Positions 51,677 through 64,000 of a DNA stretch of 64,000 nt are shown here, one piece after another (positions within the stretch are counted from its first letter, which is position 1; every line of letters begins with the position of its first letter). Made by a program: the position numbers and the translations under genes. Source of the DNA: Octopus sinensis (lineage: Eukaryota); assembly GCF_006345805.1 (NCBI RefSeq), contig NC_043011.1:54758464-54822463 (forward strand), read 5' to 3'. Under the pieces are notes generated by a model. That model was given only the letters and a program-made list of their open reading frames with translations. It did no database searches and was not told the DNA's origin.

Positions 51677-52310
51677 ACATACATACATAAATGCATCTGT
51701 AGGCGTATTGCGAGGACACTTAGTCTCTGAAGTAGACTCAAATTACAGGCACACATACAAATCTTGTCCACCCAACCCCTTTCTATTGCTGTCCACAAAC
51801 TTCAGTAATAAGATATTCTTTTATAGCTATCATCCATGCTCATTAAATTACACTTCCTAGTGATGGATGACCACACCCACACACACACACACACACACAT
51901 ACACACACATCACTGTTCTGTTATTTTGTGTCTTTACTGTATACTTTGCATGCATTTTGGTCTATAACTGTTATCTTTCTTTTCTCAACCTGTTGCTGTT
52001 TCCACCTCTTCTACTCTTTTCAGATATGTTGAAATGCACCTCAGCACTATACAATAAGCTCATTTTTGTCCAATGAATGAGGGGTAAAGGCAGGCTTGGA
52101 AATTGTTAGGAGATCCCTCTTTTAATGAAACCATTGGTAGCCTTGTTAAGCCAGAAACAAAGTACAGTGATGTATTTACACTTTTATGGTAACGTAGAGC
52201 AAAGTTGTGAACAGAGGGAAGAATGGTGACAGAAGAATGAGGAAGAATGAATGAAGGTTGCAAGTATGTAGGAGGAGAGAGTATGATGGACTTATAAAAG
52301 GAGCAGAGGT

Positions 52311-52930
52311 AAGGCAGCAAGCTGGCAGAAGCATTAGCACGCCGGGCAAAATGCTGAGCGGTATTTTGTCTGTCTTTACATTCTGAGTTCAAGTCCCACT
52401 GAGGTCGACTTTGCCTTTCATCCTTTCGGGGTCGATAAATTAAGTACCAGTCACGCACTGGGGTTGATGTAATCGACTTAATCCGTTTGTCTGTCCTTGT
52501 TTGTCCTTTCTGTGTTTAGCCCCTTGTGGGTTGTAAAGAAATAGATATTTCGTCTGCCGTTACGTTCTGAGTTCAAATTCTGCTGAGGTCGACTTTGCCT
52601 TTCATCCTTTTGGGGTCGATAAATTAAGTACCAGTTACACACTGGGGTCAATATAATCGACTTAATCCCTTTGTCTGACTTTGTTTGTCCCCTCTATGTT
52701 TAGCCCCTTGTGGACAATAAAGAAATAAGAATCGTTAGAATGCTGGGCGTAAAGCTTAGCAGTATTTCATCTCTCTTTACATTCTGAATTCAAGTTCCAC
52801 TGAGTTTGACTTTGCCTTTCATCCTTTCGGGACCGAGAAATTAAGTACCAGTTGCGTACTGGGGCCAATCTAATTGACTCCCTCCCCCCTCCCCCAAACT
52901 TTTAGACCTTGTGCCTAGAGAAGAAAAGTA
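52311..52930 (+). repeat. Head-to-tail trimer of family C SINE
   Basis: Three successive ttctgagttcaa...ctttgcctttcatccttt...aaattaagtaccag units near 52380, 52565 and 52782. Confidence 0.8.
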
Positions 52931-53893
52931 TATTAGGAGCAGAGGTGGTTGATTGTAAATAGGAATGGAAGCTATCAATGGTAAGAATAAGTAATGACTG
53001 TCAATGAAATATGACACAACTGAAATGACTGCCAGACAAGGATCATGGTATCTAATGACGGATTCTGTCGTCATTAATTACATCATCATTCGTTATTTAA
53101 TGTCCATCCTCTTTCCATGGTGGCCTCACCTGGATGATTTGACATGAACCAGCAAGTCAGAAGACTTACACTAAGCTCCACTGTCTGTTGTGGCATGGCT
53201 GCCATGGCTGGATGCCCTTCCTAATGCCATCCACTTTACAGAGTGTACTGGGTGCTTCTTATGTGGTACCAACACCAGCAAGGTCACCTAGTAACTAACA
53301 GGATAAGACCCCAAGACAAACTGAGGTTGGGTGGGGTAGTATTGAGGAAGGTGGTTCTGTGCCCAATGATAAGAGATTAGAATATAATAGGCTGGACAGA
53401 AACATGTATTTTGCTGGCTACTTCATCTGGTAAAAGAGACAGGAAAGGCGAGAGAAAGGGAGGGTGAGAGAGAAAGAGGGAGAGAGGGATATGACAGAAT
53501 TATAGGCAGAATGACATAGTGGGAGTAAGAGAGAGGTGGAGAGAGGTGAAGAGAGAGAGAATAATATTGGTGGAAACACAGGAGGACAGTGACAAGTAAC
53601 AATGTTAAGACTTACAGCTGTGTTGAGACACTTATGATCTACTGTTGACAGCTGTTGAAAAACAATGACCTTGACTCTAAAATGTATGTGTAATTGTATG
53701 TGTAATTGTGTGTGAGTGCGTGTGTGTGTGTCTATGTATATGTATGTATATATGAATATGTATATATAAATACACACACACACATATAATTACTATATAT
53801 ATATCTATTCTAATATAGACATTTATATATACATACATACACTTATACATACAATTATACCCCCTTACATGCACACACATTCATATATTATAA

Positions 53894-53930
<37 letters not shown>

Positions 53931-54014
53931 ATGTGAGAGGGATGAGATATATATATTTATATATTATTATTATTATGATTGGGTTTTTTTGTATTATTTT
54001 TGTATTTATATTTG

Positions 54015-54548
54015 AGTAACATCGTCCATTTTTCCGTCCTTGTTTCGTATACATTTGAAGCTTTTTTTAAAAGGAATCTAATGCTCTTAGCTTAGTTTTT
54101 CCTTGGAGCTGGCCAGATTGGAGCAATCTCAAGATTAATCAGCTGAAATTGCGAGGATGATCTGGTTCTTGACTGAAGATTAAAGGCTTCGAATGACCAG
54201 TCCGTGTTTTTTGTATCGTCTATCTGGATGTTTTGCGTTCTTGTCCCATTTTGTATTTATATATGTATATATACGTTTAAATATTTGTTGTGCAAGATTT
54301 TTTATGTGAAGTCGTGTGTTGAAACAGATATTGTTATATTTCGGAATGGTCATATTGCCAGTTTAGCCAATAAAAACACACGCACTATATATTTGGTGTT
54401 ATTTTGCTTCAGTGATATTTATTTTTTACATTAATCTTAATCTTATTTCGGCCAAAGTTCTTTCGTCACACTCCTGTGACCGCATCAGTGGTCCTTTGTT
54501 TTCTTCTCACTTACTTGTGTCTCTCCTTACTAACCGTCAGCCATTTTG
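54015..54548 (-). mobile_element. Probable Penelope-like repeat(s) with a variant hammerhead at 54450-54494
   Basis: Minus strand GGACCA-CTGATGC-g-GTCAC aggagt GTGAC-GAAA-GAAC-TT-TGGCC (A9>C variant). TA tracts inside and at the right flank. Confidence 0.4.
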
Positions 54549-54604
54549 TATATATATATATATATATATATACACATACATATATATATATATATTTATA
54601 TATT

Positions 54605-54637
<33 letters not shown>

Positions 54638-55194
54638 TATACACACACACATACATATATATATGGCGTTAGGAAGGGCATCCAGCTGTAGAAACACTGC
54701 CAGATCTGACTGGCCTGGTGCAGCCTTCGGGCTTCCCAGACCCCAGTTGAACCGTTCAACCCATGCTAGCATGGAAAGCGGACGTTAAACGATGATGATG
54801 ATGATGATATATATATATATATATTAGACATACATGCACACACACACACATATATCTATACATGCATAAATGTGTGTGTGTGTATGCTTACGCGTGTGCA
54901 CATGTGTATGTGTACGTATAAATGTTTATATCCAGTAATTGCATTAAAAATTAGGGAGCAACGGAATGTTGATGCTGGTTGGCATTCCCTGTTAACAAAA
55001 TAATCTATTTTCTCAGTGATTTCACACTCAAGTAAACTACAAAAAACCCTTGCAAAAACAGATAAGGGTTAGGGGTTAGCAACAGAGAGGACATCTAGCT
55101 ATGTGAAGCAATGCCTTATTAATATACATGTGTCCAACACATGTTAACATGGATATATGTATATATGTATATATATATATATATATATATTATA

Positions 55195-55575
55195 CTAGCA
55201 GTATTGCCCGGCGTTGCTCAGGTTTGTAAGGGAAATAATTATAAAGCATTTTTAGAGAGTTATAGCCAAAAAATAGCAAAAAAATGGAAAAAAATTATGG
55301 TAATTTTTTTGAGAGTTAAAAAAGGTGGAGTTGCGTCCCCTAGACGGTCTGTGGTTTGGGTTTCTGATTCTCGACCCCATGTCGAATTTATCGATTTTTT
55401 TCAGAACTGGGGGAACTTTTCAAAATTTTCGCTGCGTTAGTTTTGAATTATGACATTGGGCTATGTGTGTGTCAAGTTTCATCAGAATCGGTTGAAAGCC
55501 GTGGTCAGAGTGAGGGTACGAGGAAACAGACACACAGAAAACGCACAGACAAACTGCCGTTTATATAGAGAGAGA
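55195..55575 (-). mobile_element. Non-autonomous Helitron
   Basis: ctagcagtattgcccggcgttgctc end shared with the other copies; the other end is ttatatagagagaga|t; interior differs. Confidence 0.8.
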
Positions 55576-56269
55576 TATATGGCACATAAAAAGCACAATT
55601 CGAGCATAGTCATTGCCAGTGCCACCTGGCTGGCTCCCATGCCAGTGGCATGTAAAGAGCACCATTCAAGCGTGGTTGATGCCAGTACCGCCTGACTGGC
55701 CCTCGTGCTGGTGGCAAGTAAAAAGCACCCACTACACTCTCATTAGGAAGGGCATCCAGCTGTAGTAACTTTGCCAGATCCGATTGGATCCTGGTGCAGC
55801 CTTCTGGTTTGCCAGCCCTCAGTCAAACCGTCTAACCCAAGCCAGCATGGAAAGTGGACGTTAAACAACGACGACGACGACAATGATGATGATATATAAA
55901 TGAATATGTATATCATCATCATCCTCCTCATCATCATCGTTTAACGTCTGTTTTCCATGCTAGCATGGGTTGGGTAGTTTGACCGGGGTCTGGGAAGCCA
56001 GGAGGCTGTGCCAGGCTCCAGTTTGATCTGGCAATGTTTCTACAGCTGGATGCCCTTCCTAACACTAACCACTCCGTGAGTGTAGTGGGTGCTTTTTACG
56101 TGCCACCGGCACAGGGGCTGGAGGTAGCTAGCAAACGGTCATGATCAGTTGGTGCTTTTTACGTGTCACCGACACGGATGTCAGTCAGGCGGCGCTGGCA
56201 TCAGCCATGTTTGGATGCTGCTTTTTACGTGCCACCAGCATGGGTATCACAACTACAATTTCCATATTT

Positions 56270-57343
56270 CCAATATTCGGCATATTTTGCTTTAAAAGTT
56301 CTATAAAGGCAACAACATAAAGGAAAGTGCAAGGAAGATTAATGCAGTATACGGGGATCAGACAATAAGTGTAAGCCAGTGTCAACGGTGGTTCCAGAAA
56401 TTCCGAGCTGGAAACTACAGTCTTGTCCTGGAAGATCTGTAAAGCTTGACAAGGATGTCCTGCAAACCCTGGTGGAACAAAATCCCATCGTAACTGTTGA
56501 GGAACTTACAGAGAAGCTTGGATTTGGTCATTCAACCATTCATTGACACCATTCATGCCATCGGAAAAGTCAGCAAATTGGGTCAATGGGTTCTTCACAA
56601 ACTTTCTAAGTTTAATCACGTGCAGAAAGTGAATGTGTGCTCTTCTTTGCCGTCATGTCTTTCAAATGAACACTTTTGGACCAATCAGTGACTGGTGTCG
56701 AGAGACGGGTTCAAGAATGTCAAGTGCTGAAGATAGTGGGTGGAGAAAGGAGAAGCACTGTCACCCCAGGCTAAAGAAGGTCTTCGCCCACATAAAGTGT
56801 TGTTATCTTTTTGGTGGGATATGATAAGTTTAGTCCACTTTGAACTTTTAAACTCAAATCAAACGATAACAAAGGAGATCTACTGCAAGTAGCTTGCACA
56901 GCGTAAGTCAGCGCTAGAAGAAAAACAACCATCCTTGGTTTCAAGACGAATGGTGTTCTTCTATCAGGGTAACACTTGGTCACATTCAGCAAGGATCACA
57001 TTCCAAAGGCTGGAGGAGTTTGAATGAGAAATGATGCCCCACCCTCCATATTTGCTAGACATTGTCCCGTCTGATTATCATTTATTCTGCACTCTTCAAA
57101 ATCATTTGGATGGAAAAAATATGAATTCTGTAGATGAGGTGAGAACAGTACTGGAGGAGTATTTTTCGTCACAGACAAGTAAATTTTGGAAGAGGGGCCT
57201 TGCAAGCCTACAAGATAGATGGAAGAGCATTGTAGAAAATGAAGGAGTGTATATTTTAGATTAAAAATGAAATTTGTTTATCTTAATTTTGAAAAATAAA
57301 AGAAGTATAAAAAAGACTGCATCATGTATAGGATGATCCAATA
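56270..57343 (+). mobile_element. Decayed near-complete mariner transposase with 3' TIR
   Basis: ...CQRWFQKFRAGNYSL..., KLGQWVLHKLS (WVPHEL motif), PHPPYLLDIVPSDYHLF (YSPDLAPSD motif), RWKSIVENEGVYILD*. Many lesions. Confidence 0.9.
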
Positions 57344-58537
57344 TATATATATATATGGTATGTATGTATGTATATTTTTTGCATGTTTATTCCTAACTAA
57401 CACTTCTTTTGATGCTGTTGACACCACCAAATTGAATGGTACTGCCCAGGTGTCAAAACCATAATGATATCGATGGGGCAGCTGATGATGGAGGTAAACT
57501 GGATTGTTGGTATGGCTGTTTTTGCATATGTGGAACAGTGTTATAACACATTCTTTTGATATATATATATATATATCATCATCATCATCATCGTCATCAT
57601 TATTTTAATGTCCATGTCATGTTCCATGGGGGTATGGGTTAGGAGAATGTTTTAATATTTATTAATAATCATTTCTCATATATCTCTATACAAGTCCCTT
57701 ATGATTTATTTTCAACAATGCCGTCATTATCCCACAAAGCCCATTCTCTCCAACCTAATTCCATAGTTTATTCCACAGGTGTTTAGTGCTGTGTTTTGTT
57801 TGTACATTGCTATTAATAAATCTTCTATAACCAATACATCACCATCATCATCGTGATCATCAGTATTGTCATCGACATCATCATCATTTTCATCATCATC
57901 ATCATCATCATCATCACTTAACATCTGTTTTCCATGCTGGCATGGGTTGGACGGTTTGACGGGAGCCGGCAAGCCAGAAGACTGCACCATGCTTCACTCT
58001 ATGTTTTGGCATGGGTTTTACTTGTTGCTGAAATGAGTGGATCAACAGGAATTCCATTTCATCCCCGTAACTTAGTGGTTCGGCAAAAGAGACCGATAGA
58101 ATAAGTACTAGGCTTACAAAGAATGAATCCTGGGGTCGATTTGCTCGTCTAACGGTGGTGCTCCAGCATGGCTGCAGTCAAATGACTGAAAGAAATAAAA
58201 GAGTAAAAGAGTAACATGTCTGAAACAGCCATAATGAACCTCAATTAATTTGTTTCTTAACATAAACACCACACCTGGAACCTTACCTGTGCTGGATCTG
58301 GAACTTACAGCACATCTTGAAACTACGAGCTGGCATGAATGTCTATAATTTCATATGCATGCTTATATGAATGTGTATATTGATTTATTAATGTGCATGT
58401 ATATGTAAGTGTTAGGACATGTCTCTGTATGCATTGATGTATGCATAAGTGTCTGGATAAGGTATATACACAGATATGTTAATCTCAACACTGACTTGTT
58501 GCTTTATTATCAATATACACACACACACACACACATA

Positions 58538-58578
<41 letters not shown>

Positions 58579-58579
<1 letters not shown>

Positions 58580-58793
58580 TTTATTTAAAGCAGCAGAAAA
58601 TTCAACAAAATCTGTTACTCTGAGTTTCTCGTTGCCGTTCATCAGACAGTTTTTGCTATGAACGGCAATGAGAAACTCAGAGTAACAGATTTTGTTGAAT
58701 TTTCTGCTGCTTTAAATAAAGCATATTACTCTACCACTGGTATTTGAGTACTCTTTTTTTCCACCTTGTTTCACATTTATGTGTTTACTCCGG
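58579..58793. mobile_element. Second copy of the same fold-back element; hammerhead-like motif at 58612-58649 (-)
   Basis: Same ends as 24750-25000. Minus arm reads CTGT-CTGATGA-aCG gcaa CGa-GAAA-CTCAGAG-TA-ACAG (palindromic ACTCaGAGT helix III). Embedded in (TA)n. Confidence 0.7.
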
Positions 58794-59645
58794 TATATAT
58801 ATATATATATTGATAATAAGGCAACAAATCAGTGTTGAGATTAGCAGATGTTATATGGTGATGATGATGATGATGATGATGACAAGTGTTCCTTTCTGTT
58901 GAAGAGCATAGGTTCAAAATGTAAAATGCTTTCTCACTTCCTGAGTGTTAAACTAATACATCTGTTTATCTTCGTCTTTTGTTTTTTTTTTTGTAAACTC
59001 TCACTATATATAAATAGATATATAATTTGATTTAAAATTTAAAACTTGGCTGTGTGGTAAGTTGCTTGCTTGTGAACCATATGGTTCCAGGTTCAGTCTT
59101 ACTGCGTGGCACCTTGGGCAAGTGTCTTCTAGTATAGCCTTGGGCTGACCAAAGCCTTGTGAGTGGATTTGGTAGACGGAAACTGATAGAAGCCCATTGT
59201 ATATATGCATGTGTGTATGTTTGTGTGTCTGTGTTTGTGCCACCAACATCGCTTGACAACAAATGCTGGTGTGTTTATGTCCATGCAACTTAGCAGTTCA
59301 GCAAAAGAGACCAATAGAATAAGTACTAGGCTTACAAAGAATAAGACCTGGGGTCGATTTGCTCGACTAAAGGTGGTGCTCCAGCATGGCCACAGTCAAA
59401 TGACTGAAACAAGTAAAAGAGTATTGAACATGTCCCTAGTCATATGCTGACAAAGCACATTCGCTGTCAATGGATATCTGGTGTTGTCCATGGTAATTGC
59501 ACAATTATTGCTGGATCTCCCTCAGGAATTCCTCAGTGTACATTGAGTATAACAGAAATGACAGAAATGGAAAATGGAATATACATATATTCCATTTTCT
59601 GTCTCTGTCATTTCTGATCTTTTTTTTTCTCATAATTATTTTAGA

Positions 59646-60033
59646 CTAGCAGTATCACCCGGCGTTGCTCGGGTTTGTTTCGACCCTTTAGAATTAGAAT
59701 TTTTGAAAAGTAAAAATTCTGCATTATGTAGCTTGTTATTCTCTTTAAGTGAACATTTTTCTGGTTGAAATACACCGAAAAATGGCGACACAGCAGTAAA
59801 AAAATCATAAAAATAGGGATTTTCATAGAAAAGAAGCACCTTTTTGATGTAAATAATTTTTGGTGTTAACATGGTCCGATTTGAATTTTTTCTTCTACGG
59901 AAGGAAGAGCAAGCCTTCTTCTATCATAACTCTCAATTTTGGTCAACTTGCACCACAGGGTCTTGGAGGAGATAGTGCTAGTTGAAGGCTACCAAACCTG
60001 CCACACACAGACAACTTCAGCTTTATATAGAGA
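59646..60033 (-). mobile_element. Non-autonomous Helitron
   Basis: ctagcagtatcacccggcgttgctcgggtttg end; other end cagacaacttcagctttatatagaga; another distinct interior. Confidence 0.8.
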
Positions 60034-60685
60034 AATAAAGAATGTCATTAATTCTATTTTCTTTCATTTTGTCTATTTATATATTTATATATATTTCTAT
60101 ACTCTAGGGATAATACTGAACTCCTGACGTATATCCGGTCAAAGGAACAAACAAATATAAACACATAAACACAAATACCAAATTTGTTTTAAATGTGTCA
60201 CCAGAAATTTATATGGCCAAATACATTTGATGGTCAGCTCGTGACATGGACAATAACCGTGACATATGAGATAAAGAGGAATGAAACATCCTGTGGGTGC
60301 AGTCGTGACCATCTGACAGAGAAATATGCTATTGAAATGGATATGCTTATGATGTCAAGCAGGCATAAGTGCAAAGGCTTTCCAGCCATGACAAACCCAT
60401 TCTTTATTGTTCTACATTGTAACTAGGAATGTCTTATCTGATGTGAATTTATACTTGTTTTGTTTTTTTAAGATGAAATATGATATATTTGAGAGTGTTT
60501 TAGCTGATCTTTTGAGCAAGATGACCGACCACCACCACCACCCCCACCACCACTTCCCTCAAAGAAGTCATCCTGCTTCCATCTTTGGTGCAATAACTTC
60601 ATAACACTTGTTAATGAAACATCTCAGAGCATTCAGTCTAAAAGTGAAATAACACCACTGCCACCCTCACCACCACCTCCCATCT

Positions 60686-60868
60686 CATTGCTATTGTTGT
60701 TGTTGCTGCTGCTGTTGTTGTTCTTCTTCTCCTCCTCCTCCTTCTTCACTACTTCTTCTTCTTCTCCTTCTCCCTCTCCTTCTTCACTGCTTCTTCTTCT
60801 TCTTCTCCTCCACCCCCTCCTCCTTCTTCTTTCCCCCTCATCCTCGTCTTCCTCCCCCTCTTCCTCTT
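60686..60868. repeat. Low-complexity (TTG)/(CTT)/(CCT) pyrimidine-rich tract
   Basis: Directly visible. Confidence 0.9.
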
Positions 60869-61017
60869 AACTAACATCTTGCAAGATCCACTAAAAGTGG
60901 ATGTTCTTAGTATGAACTACGATAAAGCTACTCACTTCACAAAACCCATTTAATGACATATTGTTCTTACTCAATCTCCCTCCTTTACAAACACGTACAC
61001 ACACGCACGCACACGCG

Positions 61018-61051
<34 letters not shown>

Positions 61052-61214
61052 TGCAGAGAGAAAGATTTGCACTCAATCACTTCCCTTCCTTGACCTCTCC
61101 AGACATATTCTTTCCTCCGTGTCATTTCCCTTGCTCAGTCTCCGAGATATGTCAACGACTGCAGTTTTGTCTAAAATATCTAAAATTAACCATCAATAGA
61201 AACGTGTGTGTGTG

Positions 61215-62629
61215 TGTTATCAAAAAGCTCCCGGACTTATTATGTTAGAAAAAAACTTATTTACTTAAGTTTTCACATCATCATCATCATCATCATCGTC
61301 GTTTAACGTCTGCTTTCCATGCTAGCATGGGTTGGACAATTTGACTGAGGACTGGCGAACAAGATGGCTGCACCAGGCTCCAGTCTTGATCTGGTAGAGT
61401 TTCTACAGCTGGATGCCCTTCCTAATGCCAACCACTCCGAGAGTGTAATGGGTGCTTTTACGTGCTACCGGCACGAGGGATAGTCTGGCAGTACTGGCAA
61501 CGGCCATGCTCAAATAGTGTTTTTTATGTGCCACCTGCACAGGAACCAGTCCAGTAGCACTCTCCTTCAAAATGGTCACCTTGTGTAGCAATACACTTGT
61601 CCCAGTGTTCTTACCACTTTTGGGATCCAGCCTGGAAGTCATTTTCCATGAGTCGAGGACCTTCCACGATTTGCTCTTGATCTCAACAGCAGTGTTAAAA
61701 TGGTGACCTTTGAGCAGCATTTTCATCTCGGAGAAGAGTCAGAATCCAACAGGTGCTAAATTTGGTAAATAGGGTGGACGCAGAAGCGATACCATGTTGC
61801 TTTTGGTGAGAAACTCACATATGAGGAGACCTCAGTGACAGGGTTAGGGTTAGGGTTAGGGGTGGGGGAAGGGTATATTGTTTCTTCACAAATATAAATA
61901 AATCCAATCTGTTTCTTAAAGGAGGGACATATTCATTATGCACAGAATGTTATTTACCCAAATGGAGGTCAGCAATTGGTTAAAATTGCCGAAATGCTCG
62001 AAATTAAAGACGAAATATGTTACAACATATAGAATTTTCTCAATAAAGCCAAGAGAAAATGATGTCTTATAAACACATTCTACCAGTATACGAAGTTTAA
62101 AAGTGTTTAGTTAACTAGAAATTATGTTACAAAGTGCCGTTCAAAAGGAAAAGATCCGAATTTTCAATTGGCAGTCTGTCCCTGAGGAACAAATTCTTGA
62201 TGCACAATACTACAGATGTAAAAAAATAACAAAAACAAATGAACATGCTCTTGATTAAAATGTAACTCTGTTGTCTGCTTTTGAAGTGCCTGTGCCACTT
62301 GAAACATTGTGTACAGCCATTGCCTCTTTGCTGTAAGCTTACTGAAGCATCATGCTCAATGTTTCTATAGCAGACTTCCCAAGTTTAACACAAAATTTCA
62401 AGTTGGCTTTTTGTTCTAACTTCCTGTCCATGACAAAAATTGCAGACAACAACATACACACGTGATCACAAAAATACAAATTTCACAACTTGTGAAGTAA
62501 ACCCAGTGATGTCACTCAGTACACTGCCTCATGAAGGTCACTGCTAGCTCTAACTGTACACGCAACTGTGTGCTGCCCTCTGTTGGCATGCTACAGAACT
62601 AGACCAGGGGCTTTTTGATACTGGCCTCA
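61215..62629 (-). mobile_element. Internally deleted mariner with both TIRs, hosting a SINE (61278-61560) and a MITE half (61841-62157)
   Basis: TIR tatcaaaaagctcccggact (~61218) pairs with agaccaggggctttttgata (~62601-62620). Minus-strand remnants KFCVKLGKSAIETL and PYLPNLAPVGF*LFSEMKMLLKGHHF. Confidence 0.75.
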
Positions 62630-62759
62630 TACATGCTTACATACACATATATAACATGTGTACACACAGCATATATTTATAATTGTGTGTGAATGTGTGT
62701 GTGTGTGTGTGTATACACACACATGCACACACACACGCACACACATGTATATATATAAA

Positions 62760-63872
62760 GCAACTGACAAATGGGAAAGCTCCAGGAGAGGGTGGTATTC
62801 CTGGAGAAATTTGAAAGTGTGGTGGAAATATTTTGGTTGACAAATTGACAGTGCTTATGGCCCAAATATGACAAATAAGGACTTTCCCTCAACAATTTAA
62901 GATGCATTGATTGTACATCTATATAAGTGTAAAGGTAATAAGTGTGAATCTGACATTTATCATGGAATGTTGCTGCTCTTTATTGCAGGAAAAATCTTCT
63001 CTAGAATCATCTTAACCAGAATTAACATTGACTTAGTCAGTTCTGTCTATCTTGAGAATCAGTGTAGGTTTAAGTCAGTGGATATGATATTCAGTTTGCG
63101 ACAAGTTCAGGGGAAGGCCCAGGATCACAATACAGATCTCTATGTGGTATCTGTTGACCTTACAAAAGACTTTCACTCTATGTTGGCAGGCTTTGTGCAA
63201 AGTATTAGCAAAACTTAGGATTCCTGAACAAAAGCTAAATGTCAAAGTATCCCTTTATAAAGTGTCATAGTGTCCCTACATCATAAAGATATGAAGATAT
63301 CAGTTCTCTCAAATGACAGTCAGTGCCAGCCTTTTGATGTTAAAAATGGTACCAAACAAGGTTGTGTTTTGACACCAGTTTAATTTGCAACATTTTGCTT
63401 GCAGTAGTCATGGATTGTACCTTTTCTGATGTGGAAGGGGTGTTTCTTGAATAAAATACAATGGGTGGCCTCTTCAACCAACAGTGCTTCAAAGCAAGGA
63501 CTAAAACTGCTCCTCAGACTATAAGAGACTTACTGTTTACAGATGATAGTTTCCTAGTTACTCATACACTTGGAGAATATCCAGCATAGTATTGATAGAT
63601 TTACAGCAGCAGTCAGATCTTTTGGCTTAAATATCAGCATAAACAAAAAGACTGAACTGTTGTGTCAGCTACATCCTGGTAACAATCTTGAAATGTTGCC
63701 CAGAATGTTTGTTGAAGGCAAAGCTCTGAAATCAGTTGTTGCTTTCACATATTTGGGTTCTACAGTAACAAGCAATGCTAAATTCAATAGGGAGGTCCAA
63801 ACTCGTAGTGGAAAGGCCAGTACAGCTTTTGGGAAGCTTTATAATTTAATTTGGAATACCCATAATGTATCT
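62760..63872 (+). mobile_element. Decayed RTE-clade LINE reverse transcriptase region
   Basis: KAPGEGGIPGEI, IVHLYKCKGNK, AGKIFSRIIL, DMIFSLRQVQ, VDLTKDF, NGTKQGCVL, IRDLLFTDDS (YADD box), FTYLGSTV, GKASTAFGKL. Many frameshifts. Confidence 0.92.
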
Positions 63873-64000
63873 GGAAGCACTCCGTCGGTTACGACGACGA
63901 GGGTTCCGGTTGATCCGACCAACGGAACAGCCTGCTCGTGAAATTAACATGTAAGTGGCTGAGCACTTCACAGACACGTGTACCCCTAACACAGTTCTCG

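Noticed and set aside
61841-61861. Telomere
   Set aside because: Only about three units, internal to a repeat.

Overview
AT-rich, repeat-saturated eukaryotic DNA. The repeat families, (TA)n/(CA)n/(GAT)n microsatellites and single-exon C2H2 gene style point to a coleoid cephalopod, most likely Octopus (inference). Most ORFs in the supplied track are artefacts of microsatellites or SINEs. Host-like coding sequence is limited to two loci. (1) A spliced terminal exon at 2232-2518 encodes the C-terminal part of a Merlin/IS1595(ISXO2)-type DDE transposase fold with an altered catalytic motif, a candidate domesticated transposase. (2) A 12-finger C2H2 zinc-finger gene at 9562-11056 is split by a +1 frameshift and by an antisense CR1 LINE fragment that supplies a stop codon and AATAAA. 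The rest is a nested mosaic of several SINE families, non-autonomous Helitrons, decayed mariner/maT transposons, MITEs, RTE, CR1 and R4/Dong LINE fragments, and Penelope-like pseudo-LTR fragments. The most striking signal is a set of hammerhead-ribozyme motifs in about six unrelated repeat families, often in fold-back (head-to-head) arrangements. These include a tRNA-headed, hammerhead-carrying SINE-like element whose fold-back point sits at the predicted Pol III start (33.7-34.2 kb and 35.9-36.7 kb), and a canonical type I hammerhead at 22700-22799. Coordinates were read by eye; repeat boundaries are approximate and family names are pattern recognition, not database hits.
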